Positions 45,984-54,742 of a stretch of DNA of 62,062 nucleotides are shown in pieces. Source of the DNA: Pseudomonadota bacterium (GTDB lineage Archaea; Thermoplasmatota; SW-10-69-26; JACQPN01; JAJPHT01); assembly GCA_021325135.1 (NCBI GenBank), contig JAJPHT010000003.1, positions 1 through 62,062 on the forward strand, in the 5' to 3' direction. A program made the translations under genes and the position numbers. The notes under the pieces were generated by a model. That model saw only the letters and a program-made list of their open reading frames with translations. It made no database searches and was not told the DNA's origin. Position 1 is the stretch's first letter, and each line of letters starts with the position of its first letter.

Positions 45984-46523
45984 CTAGGGGTAGATTCCGA
46001 GGTAGGTGGCGAGAAGCTCGCAGGTGTGCGTGTCGCTGAGGCCGCCGTTGACGCGGTGGATGCGGACGTCCTGGCCGGGGCCGCAGCCGAACATCGACTC
46101 GTAGCCGGGCGTGATGAACTCCACGCAGTAGGCCTGGTTGGGGTGGAGCGAGCCCGTGCTGAACGGCTGCCCAGGCGAGACCAGGTTGTCCTGCTCGCCG
46201 CAGACGTCGGCCTGCTCGAGGACGACGCAGCGCGCCTTTCCGATGAACGGGACGGTGTGCGAGAGGGCGTCGTCCACGACCTGGGCGCCCCGGTCGACGG
46301 TCTTGACGACCACGGTGACGGGGTCCTCGTTGCAGCAGTACGTGGTGTCGCACGAATCGCCAGCGGACACCCCGGGCAGGACGCCGGAGGTCGCGATGGT
46401 CACGAGGGCGACGAGGACCAGCGCGGCGATCGCGCCGAACCGGGGTTTTCGCCAACGCCTTGGCGGGGGGCGCTGGGACGAAGCCGGCGGGAGGGGGGTG
46501 ACCAGCAGGGTGCGTCTCATCAT
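45984..46523 (-). CDS. Secreted/membrane-anchored Cys-rich protein
   Basis: Basic N-terminus, hydrophobic helix, eight Cys. Confidence 0.7.
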   Translation of the reverse strand: MMRRTLLVTPLPPASSQRPPPRRWRKPRFGAIAALVLVALVTIATSGVLPGVSAGDSCDTTYCCNEDPVTVVVKTVDRGAQVVDDALSHTVPFIGKARCVVLEQADVCGEQDNLVSPGQPFSTGSLHPNQAYCVEFITPGYESMFGCGPGQDVRIHRVNGGLSDTHTCELLATYLGIYP

Positions 46524-46638
46524 GGGCTCAGCCCGGAGGCGGACAATCGTCCCCGGAGCCATAATCCCAGGCAGGCGTTCGCCTGCGCTGCCTTCCCCGG
46601 CAGAAAACGCCAAGCCACCCACCCGGCATCGCTCGGGC

Positions 46639-48159
46639 GTGACCGGCAAGGCGCTCCTCGTGATCCTCGACGGCTTCGGCCTGCGCGACGAGACGGAGGG
46701 GAACGCCATCAAGGCCGCGAAGGCCCCCACCCTGGGCCGCTTCAGCGCGCACCTCTCGCGCACGTACCTGGAGACCTCGGGCCTTGCCGTGGGCCTCCCC
46801 GAGGGGCAGATGGGGAACAGCGAGGTGGGGCACATGAACATCGGCGCGGGGCGCGTCATCTACCAGACGCTCACGCGCATCGACAAGGCGATCCGCGAGG
46901 GGGACTTCTTCCGCAACCCCGCGCTCGTGGAGGCCGCCCGCAAGGCGAAGGCCTCGGGCGGCAACCTGCACCTCCTGGGCCTCGTCTCCGACGGGGGCGT
47001 GCACAGCAGCCAGGAGCACCTGCACGCGCTGCTGCGCCTCTCGAAGCAGGAGGGGCTCTCGGGCGAGCGCGTCGTCGTGCACGCCTTCACCGACGGGCGC
47101 GACACCTCGCCCACGGGAGGCGCGGGCTACCTCGCCGCGCTGGAGGAGGAGATGGAGCGCGTCGGCGCGGGCGTCGTCGCCACCGTCGCCGGGCGCTATC
47201 ACGCCATGGACCGCGACAAGCGCTGGGAGCGCACGAGGAAGGCCTACGACGCCATCGTGCACGGGAAGGGGCTCGACGCGCGCACCGTCGCGGACTACGT
47301 GCGGCAGTCCTACGCCGCGAACGTGACCGACGAGTTCCTGGAGCCCGCCGTCGTGCGGCCCGACCTCCACGTGCGCGAGGGGGACAGCGTCGTCTTCTTC
47401 AACTTCCGGCCCGACCGCGCGCGGCAGATGACGCGGGCCCTCGCCGAGAAGGGGTTCTCGGGCTTCCACGACGAGAGGAGGCCCCACGTCCACCTTGTCA
47501 CCATGACGCGCTACGAGGACGGCTTCCCGTACCCCTTCGCGTTCGGCGACGAGCGCCCGCGCGACACGCTGGGCGAGGTCGTGAGCCGCGCGGGCCTCAC
47601 GCAGGCGCGCATCGCGGAGACGGAGAAGTACGCCCACGTCGCCTACTTCCTCAACGGCGGCGACGAGCAGCCCTTCCCCGGCGAGGAGCGGCGCCTCGTC
47701 CAGAGCCCCAAGCACGTGCCCACCTACGACCACGCGCCCGAGATGAGCGCGGCGGGCGTCGCGGCCGCGGGCGTCGCGGCCCTGCGCGAGGGCAAGGACC
47801 TGGTGGTCATGAACTTCGCCAACTGCGACATGGTGGGCCACACGGGCGACTTCGCCGCCACCGTGAAGGCCGTGGAGACGGTGGACCAGTGCCTTGGCCT
47901 CCTCGTCGAGGCCGCCCGGGAAGAACGATATCACCTCTTCGTCACGGCCGACCACGGCAACGCCGAGGAGATGACCAACCCCGACGGCACGCCGCAGACG
48001 GCGCACACGACGCTCCCCGTGCCCCTCTTCTACGCCGGCCCTTCCGGCAGCCGCAAGATGCGCCCCGGCATCCTCGCCGACGTGGCGCCCACCATCCTGG
48101 AGGCCATGGGGCTGCCCAAGCCCGCGGCGATGACGGGGCAGAGCCTCTTCGCGCGCTGA
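46639..48159 (+). CDS. gpmI: 2,3-bisphosphoglycerate-independent phosphoglycerate mutase
   Basis: LVILDGFG, GQMGNSEVGH, GRYHAMDRD, AETEKYAHV, NCDMVGHTG, TADHGNAE. Confidence 0.97.
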   Translation: MTGKALLVILDGFGLRDETEGNAIKAAKAPTLGRFSAHLSRTYLETSGLAVGLPEGQMGNSEVGHMNIGAGRVIYQTLTRIDKAIREGDFFRNPALVEAARKAKASGGNLHLLGLVSDGGVHSSQEHLHALLRLSKQEGLSGERVVVHAFTDGRDTSPTGGAGYLAALEEEMERVGAGVVATVAGRYHAMDRDKRWERTRKAYDAIVHGKGLDARTVADYVRQSYAANVTDEFLEPAVVRPDLHVREGDSVVFFNFRPDRARQMTRALAEKGFSGFHDERRPHVHLVTMTRYEDGFPYPFAFGDERPRDTLGEVVSRAGLTQARIAETEKYAHVAYFLNGGDEQPFPGEERRLVQSPKHVPTYDHAPEMSAAGVAAAGVAALREGKDLVVMNFANCDMVGHTGDFAATVKAVETVDQCLGLLVEAAREERYHLFVTADHGNAEEMTNPDGTPQTAHTTLPVPLFYAGPSGSRKMRPGILADVAPTILEAMGLPKPAAMTGQSLFAR

Positions 48160-48207
48160 GCGGCGCCCTCGAAAGGGCTTTGCCTCCGCGTGCGGGCTCC
48201 GGGAGCC

Positions 48208-48609
48208 ATGCCCTCCGCTCCGGCCGGCGACCCCGTGCTCCTCTGCCCCCGCGACCGCGTCGCCATGGAGAAGGTGAAGCGCGCGGAGGTGGTGCTCGAC
48301 GAGTGCGGCCGCTGCAAGGGGCTCTGGTTCGACCACCGGGAATTGAAGGCCGTGGCCCACGACTCGGACCTGGAGAAGCGCGCCGCCCACCTGGGCAAGT
48401 ACCCCTTGAAGAGCCCCTTCTCGTGCCCGCGCTGCGGCGGGACCTGCTATCAGTCGTTCGTGGGGGACGTGGAGGTGGATACGTGCGCCTCGTGCCACGG
48501 CGTGTGGCTCGACGCGAACGAGTTGGAGGAGGCGAAGCGGCAGCTTGACGCCGACCGCATCATCCACGGGAGCGGCGCGGGGTTCCTCTCGTTCCTCGCG
48601 CGCCTGTGA
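48208..48609 (+). CDS. Tandem zf-TFIIB-like zinc ribbon protein
   Basis: CPRD...DECGRCKGLWFDHREL and CPRC...DTCASCHGVWLDANEL. Confidence 0.88.
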   Translation: MPSAPAGDPVLLCPRDRVAMEKVKRAEVVLDECGRCKGLWFDHRELKAVAHDSDLEKRAAHLGKYPLKSPFSCPRCGGTCYQSFVGDVEVDTCASCHGVWLDANELEEAKRQLDADRIIHGSGAGFLSFLARL

Positions 48610-48618
48610 GGGGCGGGC

Positions 48619-49647
48619 TCACGCCGCGTAGCCCTTGACGTAGCGCAGGAGCTTCTTCTGCTCCTCCTCGAAGAGGGACCAGACCTCGGCGCCCAGCGCG
48701 TACTCCAGCAGCATGGAGGACTCCAGCATGGCCAGCTCGTAGGCCACGGTGTGGTCGTGCTCCCGGCGCTTGACCTGGATGAGCCGGCGGATGGCGTGCT
48801 CGCCGGCGGAGACGGCGCGGGGGCCCTCGTCGCCGTGGAGGAAGCGCGCCTTGAGGGCGAGGACCTTGGCGTGGCCCAGCGCGTCCTGGATGTCCATGAC
48901 GCGATCGGGCCTCTTGGGGCGCTGGTAGGTCTGAAGCGGCTCCTCGGGGCGGGGCGAGAGCATGCGCGCGGCGGCGTTGCGCCACATCTCCTTCGCGGAC
49001 TCGATCCACGTCTCGCCGAAGCTGCGCACGTAGTCCGCGGCGTCCACGAGCTTGCCGAACCCCTTCTGCGGAAGCTCGATGTGCTCGCGCACGAGGGCGC
49101 TGCGCAGCGTCGCAGGGGCCAGGCGAGGGTGGACGATCTGGAGCGCGCCCGCCTCCACCCGAGGGAACTCGAACTCCAGCTCGGCGAGGATCTGGCGGTC
49201 GCCCGGGATGTCCATGCGCGGCATGGAGACCAGGAGGCGGTCGGTGCCCGAGGGGTTGTGGAAGTGGTGGAAGCCCATCTTGGCGCCCGGCTTGGCGGCG
49301 CCGGGGATGGGCATCTCCAGGGCGCGCAGGTCGACCTTGCGGGCCGCGGGGGCCGGGCCCAGCGGGGCGAACTTCAGCTCTTTGGCGTCCGCGCGGAAGT
49401 AACGCCCCGCGATGCGCAGGCGGTCCTCCAGCTCGGTGAGGGCGAGGGCCAGGTCGGCCTCCTCGTCCACGCGGCGGACGTCCTGCACGACGTCGCTTGC
49501 GTCGCGCGAGCCGCGTGGGAACTCCGTGACGAGCAGCACCGACTCCGCCTGGCGCGGCTCCACCTGGGCGTGGACCTCGTGGGTCTGCGCCTCGTCGAGG
49601 TAGATCCAGTGGCGCGGCGCGAGCCGCGGAGCCCCCAGCGTCGCCAT
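48619..49647 (-). CDS. Hypothetical protein
   Basis: Long ORF with normal composition; no family recognised. Confidence 0.75.
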   Translation of the reverse strand: MATLGAPRLAPRHWIYLDEAQTHEVHAQVEPRQAESVLLVTEFPRGSRDASDVVQDVRRVDEEADLALALTELEDRLRIAGRYFRADAKELKFAPLGPAPAARKVDLRALEMPIPGAAKPGAKMGFHHFHNPSGTDRLLVSMPRMDIPGDRQILAELEFEFPRVEAGALQIVHPRLAPATLRSALVREHIELPQKGFGKLVDAADYVRSFGETWIESAKEMWRNAAARMLSPRPEEPLQTYQRPKRPDRVMDIQDALGHAKVLALKARFLHGDEGPRAVSAGEHAIRRLIQVKRREHDHTVAYELAMLESSMLLEYALGAEVWSLFEEEQKKLLRYVKGYAA

Positions 49648-49760
49648 GCGGTCCCCTTCGGCTCTCCCGGAGGCCCCATAAATAGTCACGGCCGGGGACC
49701 GCGGCCCACCGATCCCGTGGGTGTTTAAGTGCCGGCGGACCGCTCGCGCCCGCGAGGCCC

Positions 49761-52700
49761 ATGGGAAACATGCCCAGCCGCTGGGGAGGTCGCGCCCTGG
49801 CCCTCGTTGCCGGCGCCTTGCTGGGCATCGCAGGCTACCTTCTCGGGGCCATCGTCGGCGATCGCCTTGCGTTCGGGTTCACCTTCGACTGGTACGTGTC
49901 GCCCGTCGCCCGTTCCTATCCCGTGGGCGTCGTGCTCGGGGCCGCGGCCATCGCCGCCGCCGTGGGCGCCGTCGCCTCCCTGGCCCTCCTCGCGGGCCCC
50001 GTCGCCCTGCTGGCGCGGCAACGCCTCCGCGCGACGCGCCACGTCCCGCCCCGCTACCCCCGCGCCGTGAGCCTGGACGTCCACGCGGGGCGCCTCCTGG
50101 TGGCGCTCCCCGCCCTGGCCGCGCTCCTGGCGGCGCTCCTGGGCTACCTCTTCTTCGCGAGCCCCATGGCCTCCGGCGCGGCGCCCGTCTCCAGCGTGAC
50201 GCCCCGCGGCTACAGCGCCATGGTGGCGGACGCCGCGGGCCTGGGCATGGGCCTCTCCGCGCTCCTCGCCACGTGGACGGTCTACCTGGGCGTCATCCAG
50301 GGGAAGATCGTGCGCGAGAGCCCCCGCAACCTCATCGCGCGCGTCTCGCTCTTCGGCGCGAGGCACGCCAAGGCCACCGTCGCGGTGGTGCTGCTCCTCA
50401 GCCTCGTCGCGGGCTACTACGCGACGGGCATCACCACCAACGTGGACGTGGCGGACGTCCTGCCCCGCGGCGACCCCAACACCGACGCGGCGCACAACCT
50501 CACGCAGAAGTTCAAGTCGAGCTTCACGCAGCAGGTCACGTTCCAGTTCCACACGCTGGACGTGAACGACTCGCGGCAGCGCGACCTCTACGAGCAGGCC
50601 AACCGTAGCCTCCCCGACCGCCGCACCGACGCGCGCCCCTGGAACATCACCGACGAGGTGTACGTCCGCGCCGAGGCCGACATCGTCGACCGCGTCGTCC
50701 ACACGAAGCCCTTCGTGGGCTCGGTGGGCGCGCCCGACTTCTACAAGCTCCTCAACTGGACGCTGGCCGGCGGCGACTCGGCGGGCCTCTGCAACCCATC
50801 CTCCGCCACGCAGTGCGCGAACGTCCCCCAGCAGCTTTCGGGCCAGGGCAACGCGTCCTTCTCGCTTCCCGACACGAGCCCGCAGGGCGAGGCGCGCTAC
50901 TGCACGCTCCAGGCCGCGGTGTCCGGCTACTGCAACGGCCAGGACGCCGGGCAGGACGTCTCCGCCGTCTACCAGGCGGTGGACGCGGTGACCTCGCCCT
51001 CGTGGCACCAGACGGCCATCCTTGTCACCGTCGACCCCAACGACCCCATCGCCACGCGCGACATCGGCGAGGCCGCGCTGAGGCTGCGGGACCAGATCGT
51101 GGCCGACGCGCAGAGCCAGCCCGACCCCCTGCTGAAGGTCTTCGGCCCCGAGAACCCGCCCATGTTCAGCGTGGACCTGCCGCTGGCCAACGCGCACGCC
51201 AGCGACCTCACGCAGCACGACTTCCAGCTCCTCCTCCCCGTCATCGCGATCTTCATCGCGGTGACGCTCTTCATCGCGTTCCGCAGCCTCACGAGCGTCT
51301 TCATCTCGTTCGCGATGCTCACCGTCGCCGTCGTGTGGACCTTCGGCATCATGGGCGGCATGGGCATCGCGCTCAACACGCTCAACCTCGCCGTCGTGCC
51401 GCTCATCATGGGCGTCGGCATCGACTACGGCATCCACATGATGAACGAGTACCAGGAGCTTCGCGCCGCCGGCAAGACGCCCACCGAGGCGTGGACGTTC
51501 GCGGGCGGCGGCAGCGCGCTGGCCCTCTTCGTGGGCACGCTGACCACCGTCGCGGGCCTGCTCATCATGGTCGTCTCCCCCTCGCTCCTCGTGGCGCAGC
51601 TGGGCGCGCTCGCGGCGTTCGCCATCGGCGCGTGCTTCGTCCTCGCCATCCTCTTCGTCCCCGCCCTCGTCACCGTGATCGAGGGGCTCCAGGCCGCCAC
51701 GGGCCGCCGCGCCGCCAACAGGAAGGAGGAGTACGCGCCCTCGCGCATCATGCCCGCCTTCGCGACGGGCGTCTCGCGGGGCCGCTGGCTCGTGGCCGTC
51801 GTGCTCGTGCTCCTCGCGGGCGCCGCCATCGCCAGCGCGGGCACCATCCAGAAGGAGGCCTTCGGCGACCCGCCGCGCAACTGGCTCCCCAACGATCCCC
51901 TGCGCCTGGAGGACGAGAAGGCGCTGCGCGGGTTCTACGACTCGCCCAACGACGACGTGAAGGCGAACGTGCTGGTCTTCGAAGGGGACATGACCGACCC
52001 GGCCACGCACGCGTACATCGCAGCCATCACCTCGACGCTGCGCGGCAACGCCCTCAACGGGACGTGGACCGACGCGGCGGAGGGCAACAAGACGAAGGAG
52101 AGCCGCATCATCGCGGACACGCTCAAGGACCTCCCCTTCCTCGTCAACACCTTTGTGACGGTGCACAACGGCGTGCCCGGGGTCGCGGCCAACACCGGGG
52201 CCCCCGCCCTCGCGCAGCTTTTCGCTCCGCTGGGCCAGAACCCCACGACGCCCCTCACCCAGGGGAGCACGTACCCGCAGACCCGGGAGGCCATCAAGGC
52301 GACCCTCGACGAGGCGTTCGCCTCCCCCTTGTACCAGCTGGGCAACATCTTCGTGGACCACCCCGGCTACGACACGGCGGTCACCGTCTTCTCGGTCAAG
52401 GCGGCGAGCTACGACGACGCGGCGGCCGTCTGGGCGGAGGTCCACGACGCGCTGGCGAAGAACGAGGCGCTGCGCCCCGCGGGCGTCCACGCGTCGTTCT
52501 TCGGCAACACCGCCATCAACTACCTCTTCGTCGCGAAGCAGGTGCCCTGGCTCTACTACATGAGCATCGGGACCAACGTCCTCGTCGTGCTCATCGTCTT
52601 CGCCTTCACGCGCTCGTGGCGCGCCACGCTGGTCGTGGGCCTGTGCAACTTCCTCACGAGCACGCTCTGGCTGGGCCTGCTCCCCTTCCTGGGCGTGGGG

Positions 52701-53072
52701 CTCGCCATCTCGCTGACCCTGCCGCTCATCTTCATCTTCTGCATGGGCAGCGACTACGGCCTGCACCTGGCGCTGCGCTGCCGCAAGAGCGGCGACACGC
52801 GGGAGACGTTCGAGGGCGTCGGCAAGGGCGTCCTCTACAGCTTCGTGACCACCATCGGCGCGTTCCTCGTCTTCACGCAGGTGAGCGACCTCGCCGGGCG
52901 GCGCAGCATGATCGCCACCACCATCGCCATCGGCGTCGTGTTCCTCGTCACGCTGGCGGTGGTCCCCATGGTCTACCCCGTGAAGAAGGGGCGCAAGGGC
53001 GAGCGCGACCGCAACGTGCCCGTGGTCGAGACGCGCAAGGCCGCCGCCCCCGAGCCCTCCCCCGCGGAGTGA
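49761..53072 (+). CDS. RND superfamily / MMPL family transporter
   Basis: Two TM-bundle halves with large extracytoplasmic loops; PLIMGVGIDYGIH and MGSDYGLH motifs. Confidence 0.92.
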   Translation: MGNMPSRWGGRALALVAGALLGIAGYLLGAIVGDRLAFGFTFDWYVSPVARSYPVGVVLGAAAIAAAVGAVASLALLAGPVALLARQRLRATRHVPPRYPRAVSLDVHAGRLLVALPALAALLAALLGYLFFASPMASGAAPVSSVTPRGYSAMVADAAGLGMGLSALLATWTVYLGVIQGKIVRESPRNLIARVSLFGARHAKATVAVVLLLSLVAGYYATGITTNVDVADVLPRGDPNTDAAHNLTQKFKSSFTQQVTFQFHTLDVNDSRQRDLYEQANRSLPDRRTDARPWNITDEVYVRAEADIVDRVVHTKPFVGSVGAPDFYKLLNWTLAGGDSAGLCNPSSATQCANVPQQLSGQGNASFSLPDTSPQGEARYCTLQAAVSGYCNGQDAGQDVSAVYQAVDAVTSPSWHQTAILVTVDPNDPIATRDIGEAALRLRDQIVADAQSQPDPLLKVFGPENPPMFSVDLPLANAHASDLTQHDFQLLLPVIAIFIAVTLFIAFRSLTSVFISFAMLTVAVVWTFGIMGGMGIALNTLNLAVVPLIMGVGIDYGIHMMNEYQELRAAGKTPTEAWTFAGGGSALALFVGTLTTVAGLLIMVVSPSLLVAQLGALAAFAIGACFVLAILFVPALVTVIEGLQAATGRRAANRKEEYAPSRIMPAFATGVSRGRWLVAVVLVLLAGAAIASAGTIQKEAFGDPPRNWLPNDPLRLEDEKALRGFYDSPNDDVKANVLVFEGDMTDPATHAYIAAITSTLRGNALNGTWTDAAEGNKTKESRIIADTLKDLPFLVNTFVTVHNGVPGVAANTGAPALAQLFAPLGQNPTTPLTQGSTYPQTREAIKATLDEAFASPLYQLGNIFVDHPGYDTAVTVFSVKAASYDDAAAVWAEVHDALAKNEALRPAGVHASFFGNTAINYLFVAKQVPWLYYMSIGTNVLVVLIVFAFTRSWRATLVVGLCNFLTSTLWLGLLPFLGVGLAISLTLPLIFIFCMGSDYGLHLALRCRKSGDTRETFEGVGKGVLYSFVTTIGAFLVFTQVSDLAGRRSMIATTIAIGVVFLVTLAVVPMVYPVKKGRKGERDRNVPVVETRKAAAPEPSPAE

Positions 53073-53076
53073 GGGC

Positions 53077-53337
53077 GTGGCCGACCGCCTGGGCCTCGCG
53101 GCCGCCCTCTTGGCCCTCGCGGGGATCGGCGGCGTGGCGCTGCTCCTGCGCGGCGCGGCGCCCTACTCCTCCGCGGGCCTGGCCCTGGCGGGCGGCGTGG
53201 GCGCAGCGGCCTGCGGCGGGGTCGCTCTCCTGGGCTCGCCCCGAGGCGCTTCTCCCCGGTGGCTGGCCCTCGGGGCGGGGCTCCTGGGCGTGCTGGCGGC
53301 GGTCGCCGTCCTCGCCTGGGCCGTCGGCCTGGTGTGA
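53077..53337 (+). CDS. Small three-TM membrane protein
   Basis: Three hydrophobic segments, directly after the RND gene. Confidence 0.65.
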   Translation: MADRLGLAAALLALAGIGGVALLLRGAAPYSSAGLALAGGVGAAACGGVALLGSPRGASPRWLALGAGLLGVLAAVAVLAWAVGLV

Positions 53338-53404
53338 GAAGCTGACCTGTTCAGCCGCCAAGCCCAAATCCCCGGGGGCCGTTGCCGCAAGCGGAGGTTG
53401 TATC

Positions 53405-53602
53405 ATGAAGACCGTGACCGTGCTCCTCGCGCTGTCGCTGGCGTCCGTCGGCATCCTGCTGATGGCCGAGAGCGCCCAGGCGAAGCCGAACCTGCCCTGC
53501 CTCGTGGGGCACTCCTACTATGACGGGTGCCTGCTCTGCCAGTCGCCCAGCCCCGACGACGAGTGCGCCTGCCGCCCCGAGTGCCCCCCGGGAGGCCCCT
53601 GA
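53405..53602 (+). CDS. Secreted Cys-rich mini-protein 1 (6 Cys)
   Basis: Signal peptide ending AQA; KPNLPCLVGHSYYDGCLLCQSPSPDDECACRPECPPGGP. Confidence 0.85.
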   Translation: MKTVTVLLALSLASVGILLMAESAQAKPNLPCLVGHSYYDGCLLCQSPSPDDECACRPECPPGGP

Positions 53603-53603
53603 G

Positions 53604-53789
53604 ATGAAGGCCGCCATGGTCCTGCTCGCCCTGAGCATCGCCCTCAGCGGCGTCGCCCTCCTCGCGCCCTCCGCCGACGCGTCCCGCTGCGTCATCGGCG
53701 AGAGCAGCGACTGCATCATCCAGGTCTACTGCCTGGAGAACTGCTGCACGGGCCCCTGCTGCTACCCCTACGACTGCGCGGAGCCGTGA
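53604..53789 (+). CDS. Secreted Cys-rich mini-protein 2 (8 Cys)
   Basis: Signal peptide ending ADA; SRCVIGESSDCIIQVYCLENCCTGPCCYPYDCAEP. Confidence 0.85.
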   Translation: MKAAMVLLALSIALSGVALLAPSADASRCVIGESSDCIIQVYCLENCCTGPCCYPYDCAEP

Positions 53790-53799
53790 GGCGAGCCCC

Positions 53800-53976
53800 A
53801 TGCGCGCCGCCCTGCTCCTCGTCTGCGCCCTCGCCCTCGTCGGGACCGCCGTCCTGGCGCCCGCCGTCGAGGCCGCGCCCGTGAACGTGTGCCTCTCCTA
53901 TTGGTACTGCATCCCGCACTGCCTGACCAACCCGTCGGGCGACTGCGACTGCAAGCCGGAGTGTGCGCCCCCATGA
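53800..53976 (+). CDS. Secreted Cys-rich mini-protein 3 (6 Cys in mature part; absent from ORF track)
   Basis: MRAALLLVCALALVGTAVLAPAVEA-APVNVCLSYWYCIPHCLTNPSGDCDCKPECAPP. Confidence 0.85.
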   Translation: MRAALLLVCALALVGTAVLAPAVEAAPVNVCLSYWYCIPHCLTNPSGDCDCKPECAPP

Positions 53977-54185
53977 GCCGCGCCGTCCTCTTCCTGGGGC
54001 TGGCCGCCGCCCTCGCCGTCGCCGGCACCCTCGCGATCACGTCCTCCGCCCAGGCCCTCCCCACCTGCGTCGTCGGCTACACGCCGGAATGCATGGTGCA
54101 GGTGGACTGCTCGACGGAGTGCGTCTGCGTCCTGGAATGCTGCACGACCTACTGCTGCTACCCCAAGGACTGTGCCGACCCATGA
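53973..54185 (+). CDS. Secreted Cys-rich mini-protein 4 (10 Cys)
   Basis: Signal peptide ending AQA; LPTCVVGYTPECMVQVDCSTECVCVLECCTTYCCYPKDCADP. Confidence 0.85.
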   Translation: MSRAVLFLGLAAALAVAGTLAITSSAQALPTCVVGYTPECMVQVDCSTECVCVLECCTTYCCYPKDCADP

Positions 54186-54376
54186 GCCGCGCCCTCGTGC
54201 TCCTCGTCGTCTCCCTCGCCCTCGTGGGCGCGGGTCTCGGCTTCGCCGCGGGCGAGGCCTCGGCGTGCAAGGTCTCGGTGGGCACCGTGTGCCTCGTCCC
54301 CGGCAATTCCCCCTGCGACCCCGACGGGACCTGCTACCCCTGCGACCCCCGCCCGGGCCACCCCCTCGACTGTTAG
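54182..54376 (+). CDS. Secreted Cys-rich mini-protein 5 (6 Cys)
   Basis: Signal peptide ending ASA; CKVSVGTVCLVPGNSPCDPDGTCYPCDPRPGHPLDC. Confidence 0.85.
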   Translation: MSRALVLLVVSLALVGAGLGFAAGEASACKVSVGTVCLVPGNSPCDPDGTCYPCDPRPGHPLDC

Positions 54377-54384
54377 GCCGCCGC

Positions 54385-54410
54385 GCGGGCAGGCGCCCGC
54401 CTTTTCTTTT
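54385..54410 (+). terminator. Terminator of mini-protein operon
   Basis: GCGGGC-AGGC-GCCCGC hairpin followed by CTTTTCTTTT. Confidence 0.65.
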
Positions 54411-54501
54411 CCCCCCAGCTGCCCAGCGCCAGCCAGGGTGACGGGTGGGCTCGGCTGCAAGAAGCCTTTTATTGGAGAATTATTGTGAATTGTCGGTGGT
54501 T

Positions 54502-54705
54502 ATGGCAACGAAGAAGAAAAGCCGCGGCAGGCCCCGGCTGACGCAGACCGCGCGCGTCCTCAACGCCGTGAAGCGCGGCGCCCAGGACGCCCGCACCATC
54601 TCCCGCGTGGCCCGCGTCCCGATCCTCCACGTGCACCCCCTCCTCAACCGGCTGCGCAGCCGGGGCCAGGTCACGGGGTACACGGGCTCGCTGCGCGCGC
54701 CCTGA
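54502..54705 (+). CDS. Small basic GRP (AT-hook-like) + winged-helix protein
   Basis: KKKSRGRPRLTQTARVLNAVKRG...LLNRLRSRGQVTGYTGSL; paralogue of the C-terminus of 28830-29504. Confidence 0.75.
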   Translation: MATKKKSRGRPRLTQTARVLNAVKRGAQDARTISRVARVPILHVHPLLNRLRSRGQVTGYTGSLRAP

Positions 54706-54742
54706 GGCCAACGTTTTTCTCCGGCGGGCCCTTGCGCGGCCC

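Noticed and set aside
46639-48159. Bacterial-type gpmI as evidence for a bacterial genome
   Set aside because: This type occurs in several archaea; eS1/S3Ae and archaeal-type YchF indicate an archaeon
49725-52766. 1013-aa antisense ORF (also 45657-48548, 43207-45633, 19817-21874, 40399-42432)
   Set aside because: They overlap well-supported genes; stop-poor frames are expected at this GC content and the translations have no motifs
53405-54376. Mini-proteins as substrates of the lanthipeptide enzymes
   Set aside because: They have Sec signal peptides and even Cys counts consistent with disulfides, and lie 14 kb from the cluster, which has its own precursor
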